64,000 nucleotides of DNA from an uncultured Anaerolineales bacterium (GCA_964481465.1 CAYZTL010000016.1:13553-77552), one strand, 5' to 3'; positions 45,693-56,597 are shown, numbered from the stretch's first letter. Translations and numbers: made by a program. The notes: a model not told the origin generated them from the letters alone.

Positions 45693-46316
45693 CTATTGTT
45701 TCCGTGCCTCTTTGATTACCACCACGGACCCTTTGGGACCGGGAACAGAACCACGGACAGCAATCAAATTTCGTTCAGGGTCCACCCGGGAAACCAACAA
45801 GTTCTGGGAGGTCACGTAATGATTACCCATTCGACCCGCCATGCGCTTGCCTTTGAAGACCCGGCCCGGCGTCGTCGTCGACCCGATCGACCCGGGTGCG
45901 CGCCAACGGTCGGACTGGCCGTGAGTCTTCGGCCCGCCCGCAAAACCGTGCCGCTTGACCACCCCGGTAAACCCGCGTCCTTTGGGTTTCCCCACGACAT
46001 CCACACGCTCCCCCTCCACAAAGACCTCTACGGTGAGTTCCTCCCCTTCTTCCAGTTCCTCATCCGTGCGGAACTCTCGAAGGTATTTCAAGGGAGGCAG
46101 ATCGTGCTTCTTTAAATGTCCCAACTCCCCACCGGTCAGCTTATGGGGTTTCGCCTCCGCATACCCTAACTGGACAGCGGAATACCCGTCGGGATTTACT
46201 CTGCGTATCTGTGTAACATAGCAAGGCCCAGCTTCAATGACGGTCACGGGAACAGCATTTCCATCATCATCGAAAATCTGGGTCATACCGATCTTCTTAC
46301 CAATGAGCCCTTTCAT
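45693..46316 (-). CDS. rplC: Ribosomal protein L3
   Basis: [32 protein letters not shown].... Start at 46316. The track ORF extends spuriously to 46358. Confidence 0.95.
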   Translation of the reverse strand: MKGLIGKKIGMTQIFDDDGNAVPVTVIEAGPCYVTQIRRVNPDGYSAVQLGYAEAKPHKLTGGELGHLKKHDLPPLKYLREFRTDEELEEGEELTVEVFVEGERVDVVGKPKGRGFTGVVKRHGFAGGPKTHGQSDRWRAPGSIGSTTTPGRVFKGKRMAGRMGNHYVTSQNLLVSRVDPERNLIAVRGSVPGPKGSVVVIKEARKQ

Positions 46317-46584
46317 TTCACTTTTTCTCCTACTCATCCAATATATTGGGACTGTCAACTAGGGCTTAGCTGCATCATCCCAGACAACGCAGTTAGCGGT
46401 TCTTACGAGAACAACTGTAATTTTGTGCTCACGAGCCGAACAGCTCTTACGTTATCCTACACCTCTTTGCGTGACCATGATACCATGGCCTGCTCATTAT
46501 GTTTACCCCTTCTATCGCACGATCTCTCGCCCTCCACGATGAAGGGATCCTGTCAAACTCAACCTACGAAATCACACCTTGACG

Positions 46585-46893
46585 TTATATCTTAATTTCA
46601 ATATCTACACCTGCCGGCAAATTCAAGCGCATGAGCAAATCGATGGTTTGGGAATCAGGCTCCAGGACGTCAATCAAGCGTTTGTGGGTCCTGATCTCAA
46701 AGTGCTCATGAGAATCTTTATGCACAAACGTTGAACGCCGCACTGTAAACCGTTCGATTTCCGTGGGCAAAGGTACAGGGCCCGCCACGCGGGCGCCCGT
46801 CCTCTCCGCGGTTTCCACAATCCGCTTCGCAGATTGGTCTAACACGCGATGGTCATATGCCTTCAGCCGAATGCGAATTTTCTGTTTTGCCAT
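46585..46893 (-). CDS. rpsJ: Ribosomal protein S10
   Basis: [27 protein letters not shown].... Confidence 0.95.
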   Translation of the reverse strand: MAKQKIRIRLKAYDHRVLDQSAKRIVETAERTGARVAGPVPLPTEIERFTVRRSTFVHKDSHEHFEIRTHKRLIDVLEPDSQTIDLLMRLNLPAGVDIEIKI

Positions 46894-46898
46894 AGTTA

Positions 46899-48101
46899 TT
46901 ACTCGATGATCTCAGTGACCACGCCCGCGCCAACGGTGAGACCACCTTCTCGAATAGCGAACTTACCGCCTTCTTCCAGCGCCACCGGCACGATCAGTTT
47001 CACTTCCATGTTCACGTCGTCTCCAGGCATGACCATCTCCACCCCTTCCGGCAGCTGGATATCGCCCGTGACGTCGATCGTCTTGATGTAGAACTGCGGC
47101 CGGTACCCCGAGAAGAACGGCTTGTGCCGACCCCCCTCCTCCTGCCTCAGCACGTATACCTGCGCTTTGAAGTGCGTGTGCGGCGTGATGCTCCCCGGCT
47201 TGGCCACCGCCATCCCCCGCTCCACTTCGTCCCGGTCCATCCCCCGCAGCAGCAGGCCCACGTTGTCCCCTGCCTGCCCTTCGTCCAGAATCTTGTGGAA
47301 CATCTCCACGCCCGTCACCACCGTGTCCATGATCTCGTCCTGCAGGCCCACGATCTCCACCGGGTCGTTGGTGTGAATCACGCCGCGCTCGATCCGCCCC
47401 GTGACCACCGTCCCCCGCCCTTTGATCGTGAACACGTCCTCGATGGGCATCATGAACGGCCTGTCCATCTCCCGCTCCGGCTCCGGGATGTACTCGTCCA
47501 TCACCCGCAACAGCTCGCGGATGTGCTCGTACACGGGATCGTTCGGGTCCTCGCTCTCGCTCTCCAGCGCTTCCAACGCGCTCCCCTTCACGATCGGCGT
47601 CTCGTCGCCCGGGAACCCGTACTCGTTCAACAGCTCCCGCAGCTCCAGCTCCACCAGCTCCAACAGCTCCGGATCCCCCATCTGGTCGATCTTGTTCAGG
47701 TACACCACCACGCTGGGCACCTCCACCTGCCGCGCCAGCAGCAGGTGCTCCCGCGTCTGCGGCATCGGCCCATCCGAGGCCGCCACCACCAGCACCGCCC
47801 CGTCGATCTGCGCCGCCCCCGTGATCATGTTCTTGATGTAGTCACGGTGCCCCGGCATGTCCACGTGGGCGTAGTGACGATTCTCCGTCTCGTACTCCAC
47901 ATGCGAGATGCTGATCGTGATCCCCCGCTCCTGCTCCTCCGGCGCCTTGTCGATGTCCTCGAAGGCCATGAAGTCGCCGTACCCCAACATGCTCGACACT
48001 TTGGTGATCGCTGCCGTCAGGGTCGTCTTCCCGTGATCGATGTGCCCGATCGTCCCCACGTTCAAGTGCGGCTTCGTTCGTTCAAATTTTTCCTTGGCCA
48101 T
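46899..48101 (-). CDS. tuf: Elongation factor Tu
   Basis: [32 protein letters not shown].... Confidence 0.97.
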   Translation of the reverse strand: MAKEKFERTKPHLNVGTIGHIDHGKTTLTAAITKVSSMLGYGDFMAFEDIDKAPEEQERGITISISHVEYETENRHYAHVDMPGHRDYIKNMITGAAQIDGAVLVVAASDGPMPQTREHLLLARQVEVPSVVVYLNKIDQMGDPELLELVELELRELLNEYGFPGDETPIVKGSALEALESESEDPNDPVYEHIRELLRVMDEYIPEPEREMDRPFMMPIEDVFTIKGRGTVVTGRIERGVIHTNDPVEIVGLQDEIMDTVVTGVEMFHKILDEGQAGDNVGLLLRGMDRDEVERGMAVAKPGSITPHTHFKAQVYVLRQEEGGRHKPFFSGYRPQFYIKTIDVTGDIQLPEGVEMVMPGDDVNMEVKLIVPVALEEGGKFAIREGGLTVGAGVVTEIIE

Positions 48102-48181
48102 AAATGCTCTCCTGATTCAAACCCTTGTTCTTATTCGCTCCAATGATAATCGATGATATCACACTTAGCCCATATATTGTA

Positions 48182-50257
48182 TCAAACACCAGCAACGATT
48201 TTCTCGGACAGTTCCTCTGAGACCTTCTCGTAGTGGTCGAATTCCATCGTGAAAGCACCTCTTCCCTGGGTTGCGGATCGTAGTTCCGTCGCGTAGCCAA
48301 ACATTTCCGCCAAAGGCACCATGGCTCGCACCGCCTGCGTCCCCCCGGGTCGTACATCCATGCCCAGGATATTGCCACGCCGCGCGTTCATTTGGTTGAT
48401 GATCTCTCCCAAGAATTGTTCCGGGATGACCACTTCCACGAACATCACCGGCTCCTGCAACACGGGCCGGCCTCGTTGAATCCCTTTCCGGAAGGCCATT
48501 GAACCCGCTAATTTGAAGGCCAGATCGCTGGAATCGACCTCGTGATGAGAGCCATCATACAGCCTCACTTTCACATCCGTCACCGGGTAACCCGCCAGCA
48601 CTCCGGACTCCGCAGCGCTCCGAACACCTTTTTCCACTGAGGGAATGAACTCCTGCGGAATCGCACCCCCGTAGATATCATCTTCAAAGACGATCCCGCT
48701 GCCATCTTCACCGGGTTCCAGCTCGAGGACGACATGGGCGTATTGCCCGTGACCTCCCGACTGTTTGACATGGCGGTACTCCACCTCAGGCACCGGCTGC
48801 GTGATCGATTCTTTATAAGCAACGCGCGGTTTTCCAACCCGAGCCTTGACTTTGAACTCGCGCAGCATGCGGTCGATCAACACTTCTAGATGAAGCTCGC
48901 CCATACCCGAAATCAAGGTTTGTCCGGTATCAGGATCGGTCCGTACCTTGAAAGTGGGGTCCTCTTCGGATAATTTCTGGAGGGCTCCCGCCAGCTTATC
49001 CTGGTCGGCAGCGGTCTTAGGCTCGATGGCCACGGAGATCACTGGATCGGGGAAGGTGATATTCTCCAGGAGAATGGGCGCTTGCTCATCGCATAACGTG
49101 TCTCCCGTGAAAGAATTTTTCAACCCCAATACCGCGGCGATGTCCCCAGCATGAGCTTCTTCAATATCCTCCCGGCGGTCCGAGAACATGCGGATCAAGC
49201 GACCCACCCGCTCCTTTTCATCCTTACCGGGGTTATATACCCCCGACCGCTGGGTGATGTTTCCCGAATAAATCCGTATGTATGCCAACCGACCCACATA
49301 GGGATCGGTGACGATTTTAAAGACCAAAGCGCTTAAGGGTTCATCGTCCGACGCTTCCCGGGTAATTTCCTCTTCCGTCTCCGGATGTACCCCTTTTACC
49401 GGGGGGATATCCAAAGGGGAGGGTAAATATTCCACGACGGCATCTAACAGCGGCTGGATGCCCATGCTCTGCAAGGCGCTGCCGCAGTACACGGGTGTCA
49501 AAACGTTGTTAATGACCGCTTGGCGGAGGGCGCTTTTTAATTCCTCTTCGGAAGTATCCTTCTCTTCAACGAATTTCAGCATCAGCGCATCATCTGTCTC
49601 AGCGATTTTCTCGACCAATGTATTGCGCTTCTCCTGGAACTCGTCCTGAAGATGGTCGGGAATATCTATCTCAACCGCTGCGCTGCCCTCTTCATCCTCC
49701 CAAATAAACGCTTTGCCCGAGATCAAATCCACCACCCCGGTGAATTCTTCCTCTTTGCCAATCGGGATCTGGACGGGGACCGGATTGGCACCCAATCGCT
49801 CCTCGATCATTTCCACGGAGCGCTCGTAGGAAGCACCCACACGATCCATCTTATTAATGAAGCAGATCCGGGGTACATGATAAAGATCCGCTTGCCGCCA
49901 GACCGTCTCACTTTGAGGTTCCACACCCTGCACAGCGTCAAAAACGACCACGCCCCCATCCAAGACCCGCAGGGACCGCTGCACCTCGGCTGTAAAATCT
50001 ATATGACCTGGTGTGTCAATGATGTTCACCAGATGGTTTTGCCATACTGCAGAAACGGCAGCGGAGACGATCGTGATCCCCCGCTCCCTTTCCTGTTCCA
50101 TCCAATCGGTCACGGTCGTGCCCTCATCGACAGACCCCAATCTGTGCGTCTTTCCCGTGTAGTACAGGATACGCTCAGTGGTTGTGGTCTTACCCGCATC
50201 AATGTGGGCAATGATCCCAATATTTCGGTATCGCTCTAAAGGATATTCCCGTGCCAT
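48182..50257 (-). CDS. fusA: Elongation factor G
   Basis: ...[26 protein letters not shown].... 691 aa. Confidence 0.97.
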   Translation of the reverse strand: MAREYPLERYRNIGIIAHIDAGKTTTTERILYYTGKTHRLGSVDEGTTVTDWMEQERERGITIVSAAVSAVWQNHLVNIIDTPGHIDFTAEVQRSLRVLDGGVVVFDAVQGVEPQSETVWRQADLYHVPRICFINKMDRVGASYERSVEMIEERLGANPVPVQIPIGKEEEFTGVVDLISGKAFIWEDEEGSAAVEIDIPDHLQDEFQEKRNTLVEKIAETDDALMLKFVEEKDTSEEELKSALRQAVINNVLTPVYCGSALQSMGIQPLLDAVVEYLPSPLDIPPVKGVHPETEEEITREASDDEPLSALVFKIVTDPYVGRLAYIRIYSGNITQRSGVYNPGKDEKERVGRLIRMFSDRREDIEEAHAGDIAAVLGLKNSFTGDTLCDEQAPILLENITFPDPVISVAIEPKTAADQDKLAGALQKLSEEDPTFKVRTDPDTGQTLISGMGELHLEVLIDRMLREFKVKARVGKPRVAYKESITQPVPEVEYRHVKQSGGHGQYAHVVLELEPGEDGSGIVFEDDIYGGAIPQEFIPSVEKGVRSAAESGVLAGYPVTDVKVRLYDGSHHEVDSSDLAFKLAGSMAFRKGIQRGRPVLQEPVMFVEVVIPEQFLGEIINQMNARRGNILGMDVRPGGTQAVRAMVPLAEMFGYATELRSATQGRGAFTMEFDHYEKVSEELSEKIVAGV

Positions 50258-50289
50258 TCCACACCTAAGGTCAAACTATGACGTAAACA

Positions 50290-50757
50290 CTAAAATCGAA
50301 AATGCGAGAAAGCCCGATTTGCTTTCGCCATGCGGTGGGATTCCTCTTTCTTCCGCACCGCGCTCCCTTCATTATTAGAAGCGCTCAACAGCTCTGAAGC
50401 CAAGCGTTCCGGAAATTGCTCTCCGGTCCGGGAGCGAACGGAATCCAATATCCACCGCGTGGCCAATGTAAATTGGCGGTGGGAAGGGACTTCCATCGGA
50501 ATCTGGTACGTCGCTCCACCGATCCGGCGAGGGCGAACTTCCATCCGGGGAGAAGAATTCTCTATGGCTTTTTCGAAAACCTCCAGCGGATCCTGGCCGG
50601 TTTTCTCTTCAATCAGGTCAAACGAATCGTAAACTAATTTTGTGGCGAGATTTTTCTTGCCCCGTTTGAGGACATGGTTGATGAACGTTTGTACCTTAAC
50701 GCTGTTATAGCGCGTATCCGGGGGGATTTCACGCCTATCTGCTCTTCTTCTTCGCAT
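50290..50757 (-). CDS. rpsG: Ribosomal protein S7
   Basis: MRRRRADRREIPPDTRYNSVKVQTFINHVLKRGKK.... Confidence 0.95.
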   Translation of the reverse strand: MRRRRADRREIPPDTRYNSVKVQTFINHVLKRGKKNLATKLVYDSFDLIEEKTGQDPLEVFEKAIENSSPRMEVRPRRIGGATYQIPMEVPSHRQFTLATRWILDSVRSRTGEQFPERLASELLSASNNEGSAVRKKEESHRMAKANRAFSHFRF

Positions 50758-50821
50758 CCGATTTCTCCATCCAAACCTTACTCAAAACAACAATTCTGTC
50801 CTGCATCCCCTAAGCGGGGGA

Positions 50822-51235
50822 TTAGGGCTGCTTCGTGCCGTATTTAGACCGGCCCTGTTTGCGGTCTTCCACCCCGCTGGAGTCCAACTTCCCACGCACA
50901 ATGTGATATCGCACGCCGGGGAGGTCCTTCACACGCCCGCCGCGGACCAAAACCACCGAGTGCTCCTGCAGCCCATGCCCTTCTCCCGGGATATAGGCGG
51001 TGACCTCAATTCCGTTAGTCAAACGGACACGAGCAATTTTCCTCAAAGCAGAATTCGGCTTCTTGGGGGTCATGGTTCGGACCACGGTGCACACCCCGCG
51101 TTTTTGGGGAGCACCCCTGTCCTGCTTGATCCGCTTCTGCTTCATGGAGTTGAACGTATACCGCAGTGCAGGCGCTTTGCTCTTCGATTTCTTTTCCTCT
51201 CGACCTTTCCTAACCAGCTGATTTATTGTGGGCAC
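50822..51235 (-). CDS. rpsL: Ribosomal protein S12, with a ~15-aa internal insertion
   Basis: GTG start at 51235 (GGGAGG RBS) gives [11 protein letters not shown]...[22 protein letters not shown].... The track ORF extends spuriously to 51271. Confidence 0.93.
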   Translation of the reverse strand: MPTINQLVRKGREEKKSKSKAPALRYTFNSMKQKRIKQDRGAPQKRGVCTVVRTMTPKKPNSALRKIARVRLTNGIEVTAYIPGEGHGLQEHSVVLVRGGRVKDLPGVRYHIVRGKLDSSGVEDRKQGRSKYGTKQP

Positions 51236-51275
51236 ATCTTCCTCCCAATCGTCCTCTAACCAACTTCTCAATATA

Positions 51276-51304
51276 CAAGGCCATCGTTCCTAATGATGGC
51301 CTTG
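51276..51304 (-). other. Perfect 10-bp hairpin in the rpsL 5' leader
   Basis: CAAGGCCATC-9 nt-GATGGCCTTG, about 40 nt upstream of the rpsL GTG and downstream of the predicted promoter. Confidence 0.55.
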
Positions 51305-51371
51305 ATTTGCTATCCTCATATAAACAGCGTATCTAATCCATGCCCAAATCATTTTGGGCGGACGATTTAGA

Positions 51372-51400
51372 ATTTTATCATGTGAGGATATGATAGTCAA
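51372..51400 (-). promoter_or_regulatory. rpsL-operon promoter: TTGACT, 17-nt spacer, TAAAAT (minus strand)
   Basis: The reverse complement of 51372-51400 reads TTGACTatcatatcctcacatgaTAAAAT. Confidence 0.6.
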
Positions 51401-51406
51401 GCCAAA

Positions 51407-51437
51407 TGAGACGCGATCCAAGCATATTTTCGTCTCA
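51407..51437 (-). terminator. Possible weak terminator after rpoB
   Basis: TGAGACG-17 nt-CGTCTCA followed by TTTGG on the minus strand. The long loop and short U-tract keep confidence low. Confidence 0.3.
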
Positions 51438-51450
51438 CACCTCCCTCTTT

Positions 51451-54400
51451 TTATCGCCTTCCCAGGCCCAACAAACCCGTACTCATGCGCGGGATTTGCG
51501 CCCGACTGTCCTCTTTCCCAAAGGTGATCACTTCGCCGTCATCCGTAATGGCCTCGATCGCCAGTCCTAAGCTTTGCATTTCTTTGACAAGCACCCGGAA
51601 GGAGGCCGGGATACCGACATCTTCAATGGGCTCTCCTTTGACGATCGCCTCATAGGCTTGGACTCTGCCAACCACGTCATCGGATTTCACCGTCAACATC
51701 TCTTGTAAAGTATACGCGGCGCCGTAGGCCTCCAGCGCCCAGACCTCCATTTCGCCGAAACGCTGGCCGCCGAACTGGGCTTTTCCGCCCAAAGGCTGTT
51801 GGGAAACCAAACTGTAGGGACCGGTAGAACGGGCGTGAACCTTATCCTCCACCAGGTGGTGAAGTTTGAGCACGTTCATGACACCCACTGTAACCGGATG
51901 ATCATAAGGTTCGCCAGTCTGTCCATCTCGCAAGATCTGTTTCCCAAAAATCGGCATCGGCCTGCCAGTTTCATCGACCACCTGATTTGCCAACTCCCGG
52001 AGTTCTTCAAAGTCTAATTTCTCCAGATCGGCGTCCACGTCTTCTTTGACCTTCTCAATCCACATCCGCAAGCAGGCAGCGATAGCCCGTTGATCTTGGG
52101 CTTCCCGCTCGGAAACAGGGATCTCCTGGTCCTCAAAGAAGAGGACCTCATCCGGCTCGTAACCCCTTTCCCGGAGCCATTCCCGCAATACTGAGCGCCT
52201 GGCGTAGGTCCGATCAGTAACGATGCGGTAAACATCATAATCCAATTCGCCCAGCCAGTGCTCCAGAAACAAACGCCGGGCCTCGTCGTCATCGTGGATA
52301 TCCGCAGGCTCATAATCAAAACCGCTCAACCAATCCCAGGCCCGTTCTCCCGCTTCCTCCCAGGCCTCGTCGATCATCCAGGCCCGGGCCAGCTCTGCCT
52401 CAATTTCACTTTCCTCCGCCCCATCAAAGACCGGGGTAATGGCCCGGAAGCCGAGTTGTTCCGCAGCCCATCCAAGATGGGCTTCCAAAACCTGGCCGAT
52501 ATTCATTCGGCCAGGAACGCCCGTGGGGCTGAGCAGCATATCCACCGGCGTGCCATCCTCCAAGAATGGCATGTCCTCTTCAGGGACAACGGTGGAAATC
52601 ACACCCTTATTGCCGTGGCGCCCTGCGACCTTGTCACCAGCCGTCATGCGCCGCTTTTGGGCCACGAAAACGCGAACCATCTTTTCCACCCCTGCAGCTA
52701 AGTCCGTATGGTCCTCTCGGGTAAAGATCTTGACATCGATGACTTTCCCCCGTTCCCCATGGGGCATGCGCAGTGAAGTGTCTTTCACATCCCGAGATTT
52801 CTCGCCAAATATGGCTCTCAACAAGCGCTCCTCGGGGGAGAGTTCCTTTTCCCCCTTGGGGGAAATCTTGCCGACCAGGATGTCATTTGGACCCACTTCA
52901 GCTCCAATGCGGATCACACCCGTCTCGTCCAAATCCTTCAACGCATCTTCCCCGACATTGGGGATGTCCCGGGTGATCTCTTCTGGACCCAAACGCGTGT
53001 CCCTGGATTCCACCTCATGTTCTTCGATGTGGATCGAACTGTAGCGGTCATCTTTCGTGAGGTGATCGGAAATGACCACAGAGTCCTCAAAGTTCGCTCC
53101 CTCCCAAGAGAGGAAAGCCACCGTCACATTCTGGCCTAAGGCCAGGTTTCCATTCACCGTGGAGGAAGAATCGGCAATCACATCCCCTTTCTTGACCACC
53201 TGTCCCTTATTGACGATGGGGCGTTGATCAATGCAGGTGCTTTGATTGGAGCGTTCATACTTCCACAATTTGTATTCGTGAATTTCATTATCCTTGCTGC
53301 GGATGACGATCTTGTCTCCCAATACCTGCTCAACCTCCCCATCCTCTTCCGCCAACAAGACCTGACCGGAGTCCAATGCGGCGGGTTTCTCGATCCCCGT
53401 TGAAACGCGCGGGATGTCGGGCTTCAAGAGGGGAACCCCTTGGGCCTGCATGTTGGAGCCCATCAAAGCCCGGTTCGCGTCGTCATGGGACAAGAAGGGG
53501 ATCAGCGCGGCGCTGATGCCCACGATCTGGTTGGGCGCCACATCGATATAACTGACCTGATGAGGATCGACAAAGAGGAAATCCGAGTGGTGGCGGGCTG
53601 AAATCGTGTCCCGGACAAACTCATAATGCTCATTGATGGGTGAATTTGCCTGGGCGATGTAGTAGCGGTCTTCTGCATCCGCTGCCAGGTATTCCACTTC
53701 CTCGGAAACGAAGGGTTCCACGAGGACTTCTTCGACCTTGGCCTTCTTGAAGGCTTTGACCATCTCCTCCGTGATCCGCTCCCCTTTCTCCGCAATGGTC
53801 TTCTCTTTTTCAGGGTGGACGACATCCTCCCGCAGCATGGCCTCGATGATCTCCGGATCCTCAGGTGAGACGTTCTTTTTGACTTTGCGATAGGGCGTCT
53901 CGATGAACCCATAGTCATTGACCCGGGCGTAGGAAGCGAAGCGTCCAATCAAGCCAATATTGGGACCCTCCGGCGTCTCGATGGGGCAAATGCGCCCATA
54001 GTGAGACTGGTGGACATCCCGGACGTCAAACCCCGCCCGCTGCCGGTGCAATCCTCCCGGCCCCAAGGCGGACAGCGTCCGCTTATGGCGCAGTTCGGAA
54101 AGCGGATTGGTCTGGTCCATGAACTGCGATAATTGGCTGGATCCAAAGAATTCACGCAAGGAAGCGACCACAGGACGGATATTGACCAGAGACACCGGTG
54201 ACATCTTCTTCTTACCGCGGATGGACATCCGCTCCCGGATGACCCGTTCCATTCTCCGCAAGCCAACCCGGAGTTTGTTCTGGATGAGCTCATCCACCGT
54301 TTTTATCCTCCGGTTGCCTAGGTGGTCGATATCATCCGGATCCTCCATGCGGTTGTTGATCTGGATCATGCGGCGCACCAGGTGATAGATGTCCCATTTG

Positions 54401-55368
54401 GTGATCGTTTGATGGCTCATGGGGACTTTTTCGTCCAGATCATACTTTTGGTTCAACTTATAGCGCCCTACACGCTCCAGGTTATAGCGCCGATCATTGA
54501 AGAGCTGGTCTTCCAGGAATTCGCGAGCGTTTTCAACCGTGGCTGGGTCCCCTGGGCGCATGCGCTTGAAGAAATCGATCAACGCCACTTCCGCGATGGT
54601 CATCCCTTCCGGAATCTCCCAATCTGGTTCCTGCCCAAAACAGGCGGGGATGAACATGCGGTCGGGGTTCGTATCCACATCTTCAAATAAGGACATCAAC
54701 TCTTCGTCGGTGCCCTCTTTGATGGGTGAGTCCTCGATGCCATCGTCGACCGCCGCCAAGGCGCGCAGGAAGATGGTCACGGGGATGGTCCGCTGGCGGT
54801 TGAATCGGATGGTAAGATAACCCGTTTTCCGGGTTTCAAACTCCATCCAAGCGCCGCGATCAGGGATCAGCTTGGCGGTCGCCAAGCGGCGGCCCGTGGA
54901 GCGATCCACCTCCGCTTCAAAGTAAACGCCCGGAGAGCGGATCAACTGGGAAACGATCACCCGCTCCGTACCATTAATAATGAAGGTGCCTTTGGGTGTC
55001 ATCTCCGGGAATTCGCCCATGAAAATTTCCTGCTTGATGGGTTCAGGCACCTTGGCGCCGGCCAGCAGGACGGACACATATAAAGGGGAAGAATAGGTAA
55101 GGTCCCGTTCCACACACACCTGGACCGAATGTTCCGGCTCTTCGAAGCGATACTCCAACCCCCACTGTTCCGCTTCTGGCGTATGGCTCGGAAAATACAG
55201 TTTCATTTTCCCGTTGTAAGATTCAATGGGAGAGATCTCATGGAGAAGATCCGCCACTCCCTGCGTCTTCAGGCGTTTGAAGGAGTCTAACTGGACCTGA
55301 ATCAACGGGGGTAAGGGATATCGATAATGGATGCGCGCGTAATTCTTGGCTTGATCAACCTGAGCCAT
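51451..55368 (-). CDS. rpoB: RNA polymerase beta subunit
   Basis: 1305 aa. Conserved rpoB blocks are present (...LSQFMDQTNPLSELRHKRTLSALGPGGL..., ...GRHGNKGVIS..., ...LHHLVEDKVHARSTGPYSLVSQQPLGGKAQFGGQRFGEMEVWALEAYGAAY...). Confidence 0.97.
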   Translation of the reverse strand: MAQVDQAKNYARIHYRYPLPPLIQVQLDSFKRLKTQGVADLLHEISPIESYNGKMKLYFPSHTPEAEQWGLEYRFEEPEHSVQVCVERDLTYSSPLYVSVLLAGAKVPEPIKQEIFMGEFPEMTPKGTFIINGTERVIVSQLIRSPGVYFEAEVDRSTGRRLATAKLIPDRGAWMEFETRKTGYLTIRFNRQRTIPVTIFLRALAAVDDGIEDSPIKEGTDEELMSLFEDVDTNPDRMFIPACFGQEPDWEIPEGMTIAEVALIDFFKRMRPGDPATVENAREFLEDQLFNDRRYNLERVGRYKLNQKYDLDEKVPMSHQTITKWDIYHLVRRMIQINNRMEDPDDIDHLGNRRIKTVDELIQNKLRVGLRRMERVIRERMSIRGKKKMSPVSLVNIRPVVASLREFFGSSQLSQFMDQTNPLSELRHKRTLSALGPGGLHRQRAGFDVRDVHQSHYGRICPIETPEGPNIGLIGRFASYARVNDYGFIETPYRKVKKNVSPEDPEIIEAMLREDVVHPEKEKTIAEKGERITEEMVKAFKKAKVEEVLVEPFVSEEVEYLAADAEDRYYIAQANSPINEHYEFVRDTISARHHSDFLFVDPHQVSYIDVAPNQIVGISAALIPFLSHDDANRALMGSNMQAQGVPLLKPDIPRVSTGIEKPAALDSGQVLLAEEDGEVEQVLGDKIVIRSKDNEIHEYKLWKYERSNQSTCIDQRPIVNKGQVVKKGDVIADSSSTVNGNLALGQNVTVAFLSWEGANFEDSVVISDHLTKDDRYSSIHIEEHEVESRDTRLGPEEITRDIPNVGEDALKDLDETGVIRIGAEVGPNDILVGKISPKGEKELSPEERLLRAIFGEKSRDVKDTSLRMPHGERGKVIDVKIFTREDHTDLAAGVEKMVRVFVAQKRRMTAGDKVAGRHGNKGVISTVVPEEDMPFLEDGTPVDMLLSPTGVPGRMNIGQVLEAHLGWAAEQLGFRAITPVFDGAEESEIEAELARAWMIDEAWEEAGERAWDWLSGFDYEPADIHDDDEARRLFLEHWLGELDYDVYRIVTDRTYARRSVLREWLRERGYEPDEVLFFEDQEIPVSEREAQDQRAIAACLRMWIEKVKEDVDADLEKLDFEELRELANQVVDETGRPMPIFGKQILRDGQTGEPYDHPVTVGVMNVLKLHHLVEDKVHARSTGPYSLVSQQPLGGKAQFGGQRFGEMEVWALEAYGAAYTLQEMLTVKSDDVVGRVQAYEAIVKGEPIEDVGIPASFRVLVKEMQSLGLAIEAITDDGEVITFGKEDSRAQIPRMSTGLLGLGRR

Positions 55369-55542
55369 ATAAAGTTCTCCTAAACCGTTCTAAAAGCGAA
55401 TTTGCCTCTCAATTTCCTCTTAGTCTAGGCATGGCAAATTTCCAGCTTCACTCGTCGGCAGCTGCCCACCTGCAGAACAAAGAATAAGGGTTTTACAAAC
55501 ACTTTAAAACCATGAATTTAAATACCTAGACCCAGACAAGAA

Positions 55543-55571
55543 ATTATAATAATTTCCTTGCATTTGGTCAA
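55543..55571 (-). promoter_or_regulatory. rpoB promoter: TTGACC, 17-nt spacer, TATAAT (minus strand)
   Basis: The reverse complement of 55543-55571 reads TTGACCaaatgcaaggaaattatTATAAT. This implies a ~170-nt leader. Confidence 0.6.
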
Positions 55572-55697
55572 GATACATCGCTGGGGCCTAATTCCCCCCC
55601 GTTCACCCCAGTTTCAGGGTATTTTTACCATCTTGAATGTCCATATAAAGTATACTACATATGTACGGAAAAAGCTCATCACCGGGAAAAATCAACC

Positions 55698-56597
55698 ATG
55701 GAAAACTACAGATCCGGTTTCGTGGCCGTCATGGGGCGTCCAAACGTAGGCAAATCGACGCTCATGAACGCGCTCCTCCATCAAAAGATCGCCGCGGTCT
55801 CTCCCAAACCGCAAACCACCCGTTTTCAGCAATTTGGGATCCTCACCCTTGAGAAAGCCCAGTTGATCTTCGTGGACACCCCGGGCCTGCACTACCCTCA
55901 CCACAAGCTGGGAGAGTATATGAATGAGGGTGCCCAAAGAGCCCTCAACGACGCTGACATGGGGCTGCTGATCGTCGACGGTAGCACGATCCCTCCCCAT
56001 GAAGAGGACCGCTTGATTCTAGATGTACTCGTTGAGATCGACCCCACCCCACCCATGGTGATGGCCATGAACAAGATCGATAAATTGAGCGGAGAGGAAA
56101 TCCATGAGCACGCCAAAGCGTACCATGATTTGCTTCCGAATGCCGAATTGATCCCCATTTCAGCGACCCGGAGAGATAACTTGGACCAACTCATTGACAC
56201 CCTAAAGGGTTATCTGCCGGAAGGACCTCCCCTTTTCCCCGAGGATCAAATCACGGACTTATTCGAACGGGATATCGCGGCGGATATGATCCGGGCAGCC
56301 GCCATGATCCACCTCCGGGACGAGGTCCCCCATGCCATTGCCGTCCGGATTGACGAATACAAAGAACGGAATGAGCAGGGTGCGTATATAGCGGCTACGC
56401 TCTTCGTGGAACGCGAATCCCAAAAGGCCATTGTCATCGGAAGAGAAGGAACGATGATCAAGCAGATTGGGATCACAGCCAGAAAGGAAATCGAAGAGAT
56501 GAGCGGAAGGAAGGTATACCTGAAACTGCGGGTGAAAGTCAGGAAAAATTGGCGAAATGACGAACAAACCCTGAGCCTTTTCGGTTTCAAGAGATGA
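55698..56597 (+). CDS. era: GTPase Era
   Basis: GFVAVMGRPNVGKSTLMNAL (G1), DTPG (G3), NKID (G4), and a KH domain at the C-terminus. Confidence 0.95.
   Translation: MENYRSGFVAVMGRPNVGKSTLMNALLHQKIAAVSPKPQTTRFQQFGILTLEKAQLIFVDTPGLHYPHHKLGEYMNEGAQRALNDADMGLLIVDGSTIPPHEEDRLILDVLVEIDPTPPMVMAMNKIDKLSGEEIHEHAKAYHDLLPNAELIPISATRRDNLDQLIDTLKGYLPEGPPLFPEDQITDLFERDIAADMIRAAAMIHLRDEVPHAIAVRIDEYKERNEQGAYIAATLFVERESQKAIVIGREGTMIKQIGITARKEIEEMSGRKVYLKLRVKVRKNWRNDEQTLSLFGFKR

Noticed and set aside
46399-46412. GTTCTTACGAGAAC palindrome in the rpsJ-rplC spacer as a possible SOS box
   Set aside because: The half-sites are in the wrong order and spacing (GTTC-N6-GAAC rather than GAAC-N4-GTTC). A 5-bp stem of this kind is expected by chance.
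47124-48146. 340-aa plus-strand ORF opposite tuf
   Set aside because: A Pro/Arg/His/Leu-rich antisense frame of a highly conserved gene. A classic GC-skewed shadow ORF.
55463-55474. 12-mer TGCCCACCTGCA shared between the rpoB leader and 63704-63715
   Set aside because: By a rough count, on the order of a hundred or more exact 12-mer coincidences are expected among all position pairs in 64 kb. There is no extended similarity around it.
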